NCBI GenBank assembly: GCA_963693365.1
Contig: CAVNZM010000005.1
Coordinates: 10,873,728 to 10,937,727, forward strand
DNA length: 64,000 nt
Reading direction: 5' to 3'
Source: Amoebidium appalachense
Taxonomy: Eukaryota; Protista; Ichthyosporea
Numbering within the stretch: position 1 is the first letter of the stretch; each line of letters opens with the position of its first letter. The notes below the pieces were generated by a model. It worked only from the letters and a program-made list of their open reading frames with translations, did not search any database and was not told the DNA's origin. Made by a program: the position numbers and the translations under genes. Of the stretch, positions 54,245 to 64,000 are shown piece after piece.

Positions 54245-54554
54245 ACACACACGCACTTCTCGTCATTATATTGCATTTATCTGAATCCTCGGCTTTTTTT
54301 AAGCCGCAGTGATAGGCTGTAATCTGCATCGTGTTTTCCGTTGTGTATCATGGCCCGCCACACTTTGACACTCCTTCTCCCCCCCTCCCCCCCCCCCCTC
54401 CCCCCCCCCCCCCCCCTTTGCGTCCAAACTCGGGTATTGTGGATGACTTGGGCACTCCCTTAGTATGGTCTGTGATGATTATGCACACACTTCATGTTTC
54501 GTTTGTGGTGCCCCTTCTAAAAATGTACTTGTACTCAATAGCGCATTCTAAACC

Positions 54555-54619
<65 letters not shown>

Positions 54620-54673
54620 ACAAAACACACACACACACACACACAAACACACTGTCAACACACACACACTCCC

Positions 54674-54741
<68 letters not shown>

Positions 54742-55183
54742 AAGCAGGGTGTGGTCCACCTTGTGTTTGACAGCCACACACTGTACGAGATTGTCGGCAG
54801 TGAGCAGCAGGACACCCTGGATAAGATAGTGCGCCAGTGCCTTGCCGTCAGTGTCGTGCTGCCTGATGCTACCCTGGCCGCAGTGGACTCGGCACGCATG
54901 CAGGCCACCACACAGGTAGGGAGGGAGGGAGGGACACACGTACGCACACACGCGCACACGCATGCACACGCACACACACACACACACATATACACACACA
55001 ACATGCACATACACCCACACCCACATGCACCACCCCAACGACCAACATTATTCAGTGGCTCCTGTTCCCCCCTTCTCAGCGTCGTCCTCTGTTCCATCGT
55101 CCGGACCCTTCCTCTCCCTTCCTCCCCAATTCCTCTCCCAACCCTCCCTTTTTGGCCGCGTCCCCCTTCCCCTCCCTCCCCGC

Positions 55184-55215
<32 letters not shown>

Positions 55216-55411
55216 CCCCGCCAGCTCACCCACGGGAGGGAGGGGAGGGGGGGGGGTCCTATGATGCATACTCTTTGTGTGTGCATTGCAGAATCTGCTA
55301 TCTGTGTCCGGTAATGTCCCGGGTGAATGTACGTCGTACTCTGTCACGGAATTCTCCCCCCTCCCCCCCCCCCCCCCCCCCTCCTCTCTCTCTCCCCCCC
55401 CCCCCCCTCCA

Positions 55412-55445
<34 letters not shown>

Positions 55446-56074
55446 ATGGTTTGGTTCCCCCCTGAGGATGGGCTCTGCATACATATCAGGCTTATTAAGC
55501 ATATTCTTTATGCGTGCTTTGCACTCGGCATTGTGTTGTCCTTCATGATCATGAATCTTTAGTGCTCTAAAACATGCTGAACCCTCCATTCAGGGGCAGC
55601 AAGCACGTGAGATCAGGCGGGTGTGTCAGCAGCTGCAGCAGGCCAGGCAGGATGCCGTGCTGGTACTGACCCTGCGCACGGCCCATCCAAACAGGAAGGT
55701 ATGGGGTCGCTGCCCTTGTGCCCATGCCAAGTCCTTTGGCGGAATTTTTTGTTGGAGTGGTGATCGTCGGGGGGGTGGTGGGGGGGGAGGGACCGACGAT
55801 ATGGCCGAGCCACCTCACACGATAAGCCTTGTAGTGGCACACCCTTGTGTTTATTCTGTTCTGATAGCAACGAATCGCTCAGGAGGGGCCGGAGTGTGCA
55901 CGTCAGGGGGCACATCAGCTGCAGCAGGATGGGCACACGGCCATGGCCCTCGTTGCAAAGGGTGTAAGTGTGGGCCCAGCCGCAGTGCAGTGGGCAGACC
56001 TTCTGAAGGTGTGGGAGGGTGCACCCGTGCAGGACATACACGCACTGAGGGCCGCACTGGGCTTGCAATCTTAA
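45891..56074 (+). CDS. 16-exon gene, about 686 aa: FCP1/CPL-like HAD (CTD-phosphatase fold) pseudo-enzyme with putative SPOC-like and PIN-like domains
   Basis: Exons 45891-46079, 47013-47127, 47665-47717, 48122-48216, 48749-48815, 49477-49620, 50096-50301, 51031-51181, 51427-51589, 52200-52384, 52882-52933, 53452-53563, 53833-53896, 54748-54915, 55594-55698 and 55883-56074. All are GT-AG and phase-consistent (2061 nt, ends TAA). FCP-type motifs: [43 protein letters not shown]...[28 protein letters not shown]. Confidence 0.82.
51573..52032. repeat. Degenerate 27-bp minisatellite (GCCCTCATATCTAGTGGTATGGTGAAT) starting in exon 9 of the phosphatase-like gene
   Basis: Near-perfect 27-bp units at about 51670-51800 and degenerate copies on both sides. 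The first copy overlaps the exon end and the donor at 51589/51590. Confidence 0.9.
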
Positions 56075-56886
56075 AAGGGGGTGAGCGGGCAACACTGACA
56101 CTGGTGAGTTGGTGGCGCTTTATTGGATTTAAGGATGTCCACTACGAATGAAGGTGAATCTTTTTATGATATAGGTCGTAGAATTTGTCGTGAGATGCTG
56201 TGAGATGCTCGGGTGTTCCCTCTAAGTGGTTCACAGGCTACGAAGATTACGATCACAGATTTGCTAGAATCCAAAGGTTTATGCACCTGCACTCCCGTAT
56301 CGGGTTCTTAACCCATTACAATAGTTCCGAAGTGGGGGAAGAGCTCTTTAGTCGACGTAGAGACTTTGGGCCCATAAAAAGGAACATCCGCAAATCCGGT
56401 GAATAATCTAATAATAACTGGCTAAGTTGAATGACCTTACTGTACGTATGAATGAAAGTTCTAATAGGGAGCTCACCGAAGATTCAACTATGGTAAATTC
56501 ATGGAGATCATAGTACATGTGACTTCCTACGTAACCCGTGTATATATGACATGAAGCGCCACACGTGCACAGTCCCGTTTCAATCACTCCGTCCCCCCCC
56601 CCCCCCCTCCCCCCTCTCTCCCTCTCCCTCTAGAGTATCTCTAAGCTAGTGTTCTCTTTCTCTAATTCTCTCACTCTTGATCTCTCTCTCCTGCTTGCGA
56701 GTTCTCCCCGGGTCTCCTCTGACATCCTGTCTAGCTAGAGCCTTCTCTCTCTATATTAGATCTCTCTCTCTCCCTCCCTCCCTCCCCTCCCCCCCCCCCC
56801 CCCCCCCCCCCTCCCTCCCTCCCTCCCTCCCTCCCTCCCTCCCTCCCTCCCTCCCTCCCTCCCTCCCTCCCTCCCTCTAGACACTT

Positions 56887-56918
<32 letters not shown>

Positions 56919-58010
56919 CCCCCCCCCCCCCCCCCCTCCCGCTCCAACGCTCTTCACAGGCTCATAGGCCTCTTTCTACCTTGCAGCTAGTCTCCAAGGC
57001 TTTGTGCCCGTTGGCTTACATAAAGGGCCAAGCCCTAGCCCTACTACGCCTGAGGCGACACTGAACGTATGTTTGCCTTTCAGCCTTTCAGGCTGCGCTC
57101 TCAGTGCGACGTCACGCCGGCAAATACCGATAAATGGAAAAACATTTGCATCGCTCTGAGGAAAGGATGACGTATACCAGAAAAATTGGGTTTTGAAGCG
57201 CATTTTAAAGAAATTAGGATCGCCTGTTTCCTGCAAAAAGTTTTTTTGAGTCATAAGTAAAATGAAACCCGCATCACAGGTATTTCTGAAACAAACAATT
57301 ATTAAACTCATATCAACTGAAAAACACAATGCGAAAAAAGACAAAAATTATTGTTATTCTGCTGCCTTTGCACTGAGTCTGCAGTAATTGTTATTTCTAC
57401 AACATGCATTTTGGTGAAGGCAGGAGTCTACCGTGACTGTAAAGCGGTGACTTTCATTGCCGGCCATCTATCACCCACTACTCAGGGCCTGAACGCACAT
57501 ACGTTCTTTTACAAATTCAGTTAAAGTTTTACCTAATACTACTGCATGCATTCTTCAACCATTCCAGTTAAGCGCTTCTTGTTTTTCTCTGTCTCTAGAT
57601 ACAACCAAAAAGTGCTACTACGTACAAGATTGGCGTTGTTACGTCAGGAATAGTGATTGATCTGGGGGGACCTGCTGGTATTGGCTCAGGGTTTAAACCT
57701 TTCACATCCAACCAATCACACGCAGCTATGGGCTTGCTGATATCCCCATGCCAGTATATAGAGGGGCCTGCCCAACAAGGCGCTCATTCCTTGAACGTTT
57801 GACAAGACTGAAAGAGAAAGATAAAAGGATTTGTACATGCAATTGCTAGAGAAACAGTGTTCTGTTTTGTAGAGTTCATGTTTTAGCTCAGGAACCCTTC
57901 CAATTACCCCCCCCCCCCCCCCCCCCCCCTGAATATTAAGTTTCTCTGAAAGATCTTTCATACCAATTTTGTGATAGAATTGAAACCTTTTCTGGTGTTG
58001 TGCATCAAAC

Positions 58011-58637
58011 ATGCAGCACCTTTCTGTTCTTGCCCTTGTCCTGGCCCTCGCTACTCATGAGGTGCAGGCTTACACGTCTTCGACCCTTGGTCATTCCTGC
58101 TACTCCAGCATAAACTGTTGGGGGTCAGAGGTCTGTCAGTATGGAGTCTGCTCCCTGCCATACTACTACAGCAGCACTAGCTGGCTAGCAACCAAGTACA
58201 TCATCATCCTTGCTGTTTCAGGCTGCATACTGCTTTTGGTTGGCATCTATGCTTGTATTCGCTACCGCCGTCGTCAGCGTTCAATCGTCACCGTTGTGGG
58301 CTCTAACTCCGTCGCACCCGTGCCCGGTTCAGGCGTTGACGCTTACCCAAAACCCACCGTGCCCGGAGAGCAGCTGCCCCCCTACACCCCTACCCCTCAA
58401 ACCTACCCCTCTGCTGCCGGCCCACAGCCTTACTACGGCCAAACCCAGCCAGGAAACCAGCCCTGGCCACAGCAACCACAGGGCTACTACTATCCACCCC
58501 CCACCTACCCTCAAAACCAGTCTGGTCCCGGTGTGCCTGAAAGCTACCCCCAGTATCCAAACACGCAGCCACCACAGCAGTATCCCCCACAATACCCACA
58601 GGCACCTCGAACTGATAACCAGTCGACACACGTGTAA
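58011..58637 (+). CDS. Single-pass type I membrane protein with small Cys-rich ectodomain and Pro/Tyr/Gln-rich cytoplasmic tail (Shisa/WBP1/VOPP1-like architecture)
   Basis: Intronless 208-aa ORF with caaacATG context. It has a signal peptide MQHLSVLALVLALATHEVQA, a four-Cys segment CYSSINCWGSEVCQYGVC, a TM helix YIIILAVSGCILLLVGIYACI, a basic stop-transfer RYRRRQR and a PY-type motif (PPPTY), plus LPPY. Confidence 0.85.
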   Translation: MQHLSVLALVLALATHEVQAYTSSTLGHSCYSSINCWGSEVCQYGVCSLPYYYSSTSWLATKYIIILAVSGCILLLVGIYACIRYRRRQRSIVTVVGSNSVAPVPGSGVDAYPKPTVPGEQLPPYTPTPQTYPSAAGPQPYYGQTQPGNQPWPQQPQGYYYPPPTYPQNQSGPGVPESYPQYPNTQPPQQYPPQYPQAPRTDNQSTHV

Positions 58638-59465
58638 GTTTAGAGGGTCATGGTGAAGGGATGGAGACTTTTTGACGGGCTGGCCTGTTGGAGGAGTTCT
58701 GAAAGCAGGGGTGAGATGCTTTCACAGGTGTATATAAACTGCAGGTATAAAAACGCACGTACATAAACTGCAGGTATAAAAAGGATGATGCAAGACCACG
58801 ATTGGGACAGTTGTGAGAAATTGGTTCTAATGCTAACTGTAAGTCTGTGACTATGCACTGAGCAACGTGTACTTCGTTTTTTGGTGTTTTATGGCGGAGA
58901 GCACAAATTTAAATTTAACTTCTGGTGTGTCTTTTTTTCCAGCTAGATGTATGCAGAACCAATCGATAAATATAGTCCTTTTTGATAAGTACGTTCTTTT
59001 TAACAGGTGCTGCTGGTCAGTGCTTTCGGTGAATACAAGACTGCTTGTACTCCAGTATCTGGCAATATCCTAGGCACATGTCCAAATTACTGACACGGTC
59101 TTTCCGTTTTTACTAACACTGACACTACAGCTTTACACATTCACACTCAGGCGGCACATATGCTGCAAATGAAGAGCACCCCAAACACAGGGTGGCACAA
59201 CTAAAACACACACACACACACACACACACATGCAGTGTACACACACAGGCACACACACGATTATATGTAAACTATTTTCGATAAATCCCCCCCCCCCCCC
59301 CCCCCCCCCCCCCCTGCCTGCCCATTTTGTTGTAACACAGCACTCGGGGTTACAGTATGATACGAAAATGCTGAAAGTGGCAAACTGAGGAATATGGCAC
59401 ACACACACCCTCTCCTTCTCTCTCTCTCTCTCTCTCTCTCTCCCTCCCCTCTCCCCCCCCCCCCT

Positions 59466-59496
<31 letters not shown>

Positions 59497-60003
59497 CCCC
59501 TTCCTCCCCTCCCCCGAGAGACGTGTTGAACACAATGCGTACCCCATGCTCACTCCGTTTTTCTGGTGTGCACGGACATTGTCCTGTCAAATTACAGGAC
59601 ACCCCCTCTACCCCTTCCCCCCCTCTCCACCGCACAACTCCGGACACCGCCCATTTCCTCCCGTGCTAAGCCCGTTTATATATCTGGGTTTTAAGAGCTG
59701 TAATCTATGTTACCATGCTCCAATTTTCTTTGATACATACCGTAAGTGGTGTGGGCTGAATGTTTTTAGGATACACTGCGGCAGCACGGTGTCGTAAAAG
59801 TTATGACTGATATGGTTGAATATCCTGGATTGCGGCCTGTTTTTGTCTTGATATCCACGTCAAAGTATCGGCCCGTAGTACGGAGTGCAATAAGTTGTAG
59901 GTGGGCTGTTTTTTCCCTTTCCATTCCTTTTATTTTTATCCTTATGGTTCATTTGATTTTATTTTCATTTCTATTTTTTCAGCGGCTGCGGTGACGGGTG
60001 GCT

Positions 60004-60040
<37 letters not shown>

Positions 60041-60047
60041 AGGGGAA

Positions 60048-60122
<75 letters not shown>

Positions 60123-61103
60123 TAGTCGATTGATACGGTCACGGCCATTTTGAAATTCGCGATGTATGTGTGTACACGGTGTGCATGTGTAGGTGGGTGG
60201 GTGGGCGCGCAATATGTGTGTATAGGGGTGTGCACATGCATGTGTCCATGCAGTTGCATGTGTCCGTATGTACGTGTGTTCATTTATCCCATGATATATC
60301 TACGTAGATGTGTGTGTCATGAAGTTATAATATGAATGCACGTGCACTTGTGTGTTGTATGATGTTTTGCACGTGTGTGCATGCATTTCATTGTGCACGT
60401 GCACTGCCTGTGTTCATGTGTACGTTGTGGAAACCACTGCGGACCCACCCACCGCCCCCTTTACCCCCTCCCCCCTCGAGCTCCCCCCCTCCCTCCCCAG
60501 AGTCCTCCCCCCCCCCCCCCCCCCCCCCAGGCTTATGTACAAACACAAAGAAGGACACGCACACCATAGTGACACCCTACCCCTTCCGACGTGCACACCT
60601 TGTAAGTTTATCATCATGGTGGTTTTTAAAAGAAAAATTTGAAAAGAATATTTGCTTCAGAGGCCAGAACTCGTTCGTCTTACCTGATTGGGTGTTTGCG
60701 ACCAGGTAACCTCCCTTCGTGTATGTCTGGTAGCTGCTCATGTTGCTACTGGTACAAAGTTTAGGATGTATTCAGGGTGTGTGTGTGTGTGTGCAGGCCT
60801 GCAAACACACCTTTGTCATGACTGTTATTTGTCGGAGATCTAAGCGCAGCCTTGCCTAAGGGGGGGGGGGGGGGGGGGGGGGGGACCCCGGGCCTTGTGC
60901 GAGGCCCTCGAAAACACAAGACTGGATGGGTATTTTACGGTGGACACGGACGCGGGATCCGAAGATTCCAATGTACAAAGCGACTCGGAGCTGCGGGGCG
61001 GGGGGAGGGGGAGGGGGAGGGGGGAGTGGAGAAGAGGAGGGAGGGGGACTCGAGGGGGGGGAGGGGAGGGGGGAGGGGATGGGGAAGGAGGGGGGGGAGG
61101 GGG

Positions 61104-61158
<55 letters not shown>

Positions 61159-61506
61159 GAGGGGGGAGGGAGGCAAGGCCAGTCACTGTGGTGCAAGAGT
61201 GTAGGTGAGCCGATGCCAGCAGGCACGCCAACTTAGAGGGGGCACTCAGTCAGATAGTACGGCTTAGCATGGCAATGATGCAGTCTTGCAGGAATAACAG
61301 TGCTTGCTGGGTGCTGTTTATTTTACCGCCCTATTAACCTCTTAACACTAACACACAGTACATATCGTCCTTTGCCGTGGGCATAGTATACTACCAGCCT
61401 TAGGGAGCTGACTCTACCAGGTTGACATCCCGACCATTGGAACGATACAGGAGTGCAGCCCAGAATAACATGCAGGTGGTGATTTGCAGGGGGATTCGAA
61501 GAGCAG

Positions 61507-61538
<32 letters not shown>

Positions 61539-61689
61539 TGAGGAGAATGGTCGAATAGGGGATCACTAGTGTGTCAGCCCACCACATCATATAGAAACCA
61601 ATAAATAATAAGGTCTTTCCCAGCCTGAGGATAGAAAGACCCCGTAAGCGACAAGTGGGAACCAACCCCACAGGCGTCGGACCAAACCG

Positions 61690-64000
61690 ATGCCTGAATT
61701 TATCCTTCTTCTTCTGGAATGCTCGGACACTGGGCCCCAAAAGGGCCTCCCCCCCGGGACACTCGGCGATAAAATCAGCTACATACAACAACAGACAAAC
61801 AACCACACGTTTACAGTGATTTGCTAAACACAGTTTAAAAACCACCACAAATTCAACTCAACATTTTGGTCGACACATCCACACACCCCGGTTACGCGAA
61901 AAACCGAGGCATTATTGTACTTGCCGCGCCACACGTGAGAGTGAAGTGCAAACCGGTAGCAAAAACGGAATTCTCGGTTTCTATAGAGTTTCTTTCTGAT
62001 GGTTTTACTTTTGTATATTACCTACCATCTATGTCGGTTGCCGAATTGACTCACGAGTTGTCACAGTTACCAATGTCCACTGTTATTTTAGGTGATTTTA
62101 ACACGCGACTCCACCACACAGACACACTGCAAGTGAGTGGCGGGTACCCATCTATAGCTAAGCCCCCGGAGCGCGCTATCCCTTTAGCAAGGTATCAATC
62201 TGGTATGTCCAAAGTTACACTTTGCGATTCCCTCAAATATCCCATGCCCACAACACCGACTGGGGAGTGGCCTTCTGGCCATCAACCATGTCAAAACTCT
62301 CTCTCCCTCCTAACCTCTCTAGGTTCTGACCACCCTCCTATCCTTTTCCTACCTAATATATCCCTTGATCTGCTCCCCCCTCCTCCTCCCACCTTTCGCC
62401 TCCGTCTATCCCAGCTCAAGTCAAAGTGGGTAGAGTTGATGTATGTGTATGCTATGCAACGAAACACCCTATATATATGCGCCTATTAGAATCTGCACAA
62501 GCCAGACCAGATTCACATCTCGTACTAGATACATGCACTAACTTTATTGTTGATGATTTAATAGATCTCGGTGATTATGCTGGTGGTGGTAGGAAGGAAT
62601 ATCCCGATGCTCTCTTGTTACCAAACACCACTCCCGCTAGACTAGGTGAGCCCCTGTCCCAAATGGAAAGCTTGCTCCGGCATGCTAGTATGAATCGATT
62701 TGCCCCCCCTGTTTTTCTTGTCTTCTCAGTATGCCGTGCATACTTGCACATCTTTCCGTCGAATAAATCCAGTCAAAAGAAAAAAGGCCCCCCTGCTACT
62801 GTTTAAAGATAGGACCCCCGCTCAGAAACCTATTGTGTGGCCTGTAGACCCATCTGTCCCCTTAGAATCGATCCTCCCCTTTTTCAGTTCCGATACCATA
62901 TGGTCTGTGATACCTAGTTATAGCTCTAGTAAGTCGTGTGGACCTGATGGACTTCCTGCTGGGTTTCTTAAAATCCTTGTTCCCCCCTACCCACAAAAGG
63001 AAAATGATCGTGCTATTAAACCTGATCTTACTATTATGTTAAGCTCTCTCTTTTCTTGGTGTGTTAAATGTGGACATGTACATGTCCGTCATCTTGGTTA
63101 GATACCTTAGTGATCCCCATAGTTAAGAAGGACTCTGAGGGCCCCATATCATCTTTTCGCCCCATCACACTAACCCAGGTTGTTCGTAGATTCTTTGAAG
63201 CTTGCTTACTTAGGTTATGTGCACATCACCCTAGGTTTCAATCTATTCTTCACATACACCCATGCCAATCCGCTTTTCGTAAGAACAATTCATGTTATGT
63301 TCAAATAATGGCACTGCACGATTCTATGCAAGTTGGTGCACGATATGTTGGCTTTATTGATTGGAAAACTGCTTACGATTCTGTCTCCCCTGGTCCCCTA
63401 TGGGAAAAGCTTGCTGCACGGGGTGTACCACACTGCATTGGTGTTCTGTTAGAAGCACTCTTTGTCTCAAACCTATGGCAGAGCTGTGGTTAATGGGCAT
63501 CTTTCATATGGTTTTGCTCGTACTAGAGGTCTCTTGCAGGGTTCATTTCTTAGCCCCTTTTTGTTTAACCTATCTATAGATGATCTGGCTGTCAAGATTT
63601 ATGCCGAAAATGATGACCCTATTAATAACTTTCCGCCTGCACTTCTCTATGCTGATGATCTGTCCCTCCTTGCCCGTACCCCTAGACACCTGCAAAGATT
63701 GTTCGATGTAGTGTCAGAGTGGTGCAAGGCAAACCTTATGATCCTTAACATAGACAAATGTGGTGTTCTTGTACCTGATATAGCTAACAATTTACACACA
63801 TTTACATTATCATCTAAACCTGTACCTACAGTTCCAGAATACAAATATCTCGGTGTTCCGGTTAATTCTGTTGGTGTTATGTTTTCCCATATGGTCGAAA
63901 AGAGGGTAGAGTTGGCTCGTAAGCGGTTAGCTTTCTTCTCGGCTAATATTTTTAAAGACACACCCCTCCATCCTTCTATTAGACTTACATTTATTCGCAC
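61690..64000 (+). mobile_element. Non-LTR retrotransposon (LINE) ORF2 remnant: APE endonuclease + reverse transcriptase, frameshifted, truncated by the window end
   Basis: APE motifs: FWNARTL (~61710), ILGDFN, GSDHPPI. RT motifs: KSCGPDGLP, PSSW...IPIVKK...FRPITL, QSAFRK, FIDWKTAYDSV, GLLQGSFLSPFLFN, LYADDL (~63645), YKYLG. They are spread over several frames with internal stops. Confidence 0.93.

Noticed and set aside
55699-56151. Gly/Cys-rich C-terminus of ORF 55621-56151
   Set aside because: Better explained as intron 55699-55882 followed by an exon in another frame ending at TAA 56074.
61414-64000. Minus-strand ORFs 61414-61848 and 63647-64000
   Set aside because: They are antisense shadows of the LINE ORF2 region.

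Overview
Eukaryotic, intron-rich genomic DNA: GT-AG introns, CTRAY-like branch points, exons of about 50-200 nt, and introns full of (CA/TG)n, (GA/TC)n, (GCAC)n and poly-G/poly-C tracts. Almost all ORFs in the supplied track are microsatellite artefacts, so I assembled the genes by hand from splice sites and codon phase. (1) A large minus-strand SMCHD1-like gene starts at 45076. It encodes a ubiquitin-like N-terminus, a GHKL ATPase with motifs I-IV, a transducer/BAH-like region, a long beta-rich middle, coiled coil, SMC hinge and coiled coil. (2) Directly downstream on the same strand is a 10-exon unit (3152-10099) encoding a FYRN/FYRC domain, which can be spliced in frame onto the SMCHD1-like gene (possible SMCHD1-FYR fusion). 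(3) Head-to-head across about 0.8 kb is a 16-exon plus-strand gene (45891-56074, about 686 aa). It has an FCP1/CPL-type CTD-phosphatase fold whose DxDxT motif is replaced by GLEDT, flanked by putative SPOC-like and degenerate PIN-like domains. (4) An intronless single-pass membrane protein with a Pro/Tyr-rich tail lies at 58011-58637. (5) A frameshifted LINE (APE+RT) runs off the 3' end. Also present are TTAA-flanked MITEs, a tandemly duplicated exon pair and several minisatellites. No prokaryotic features, rRNA, intact tRNA or CRISPR array were seen. Domain calls come from motif recognition by eye, not from database searches.
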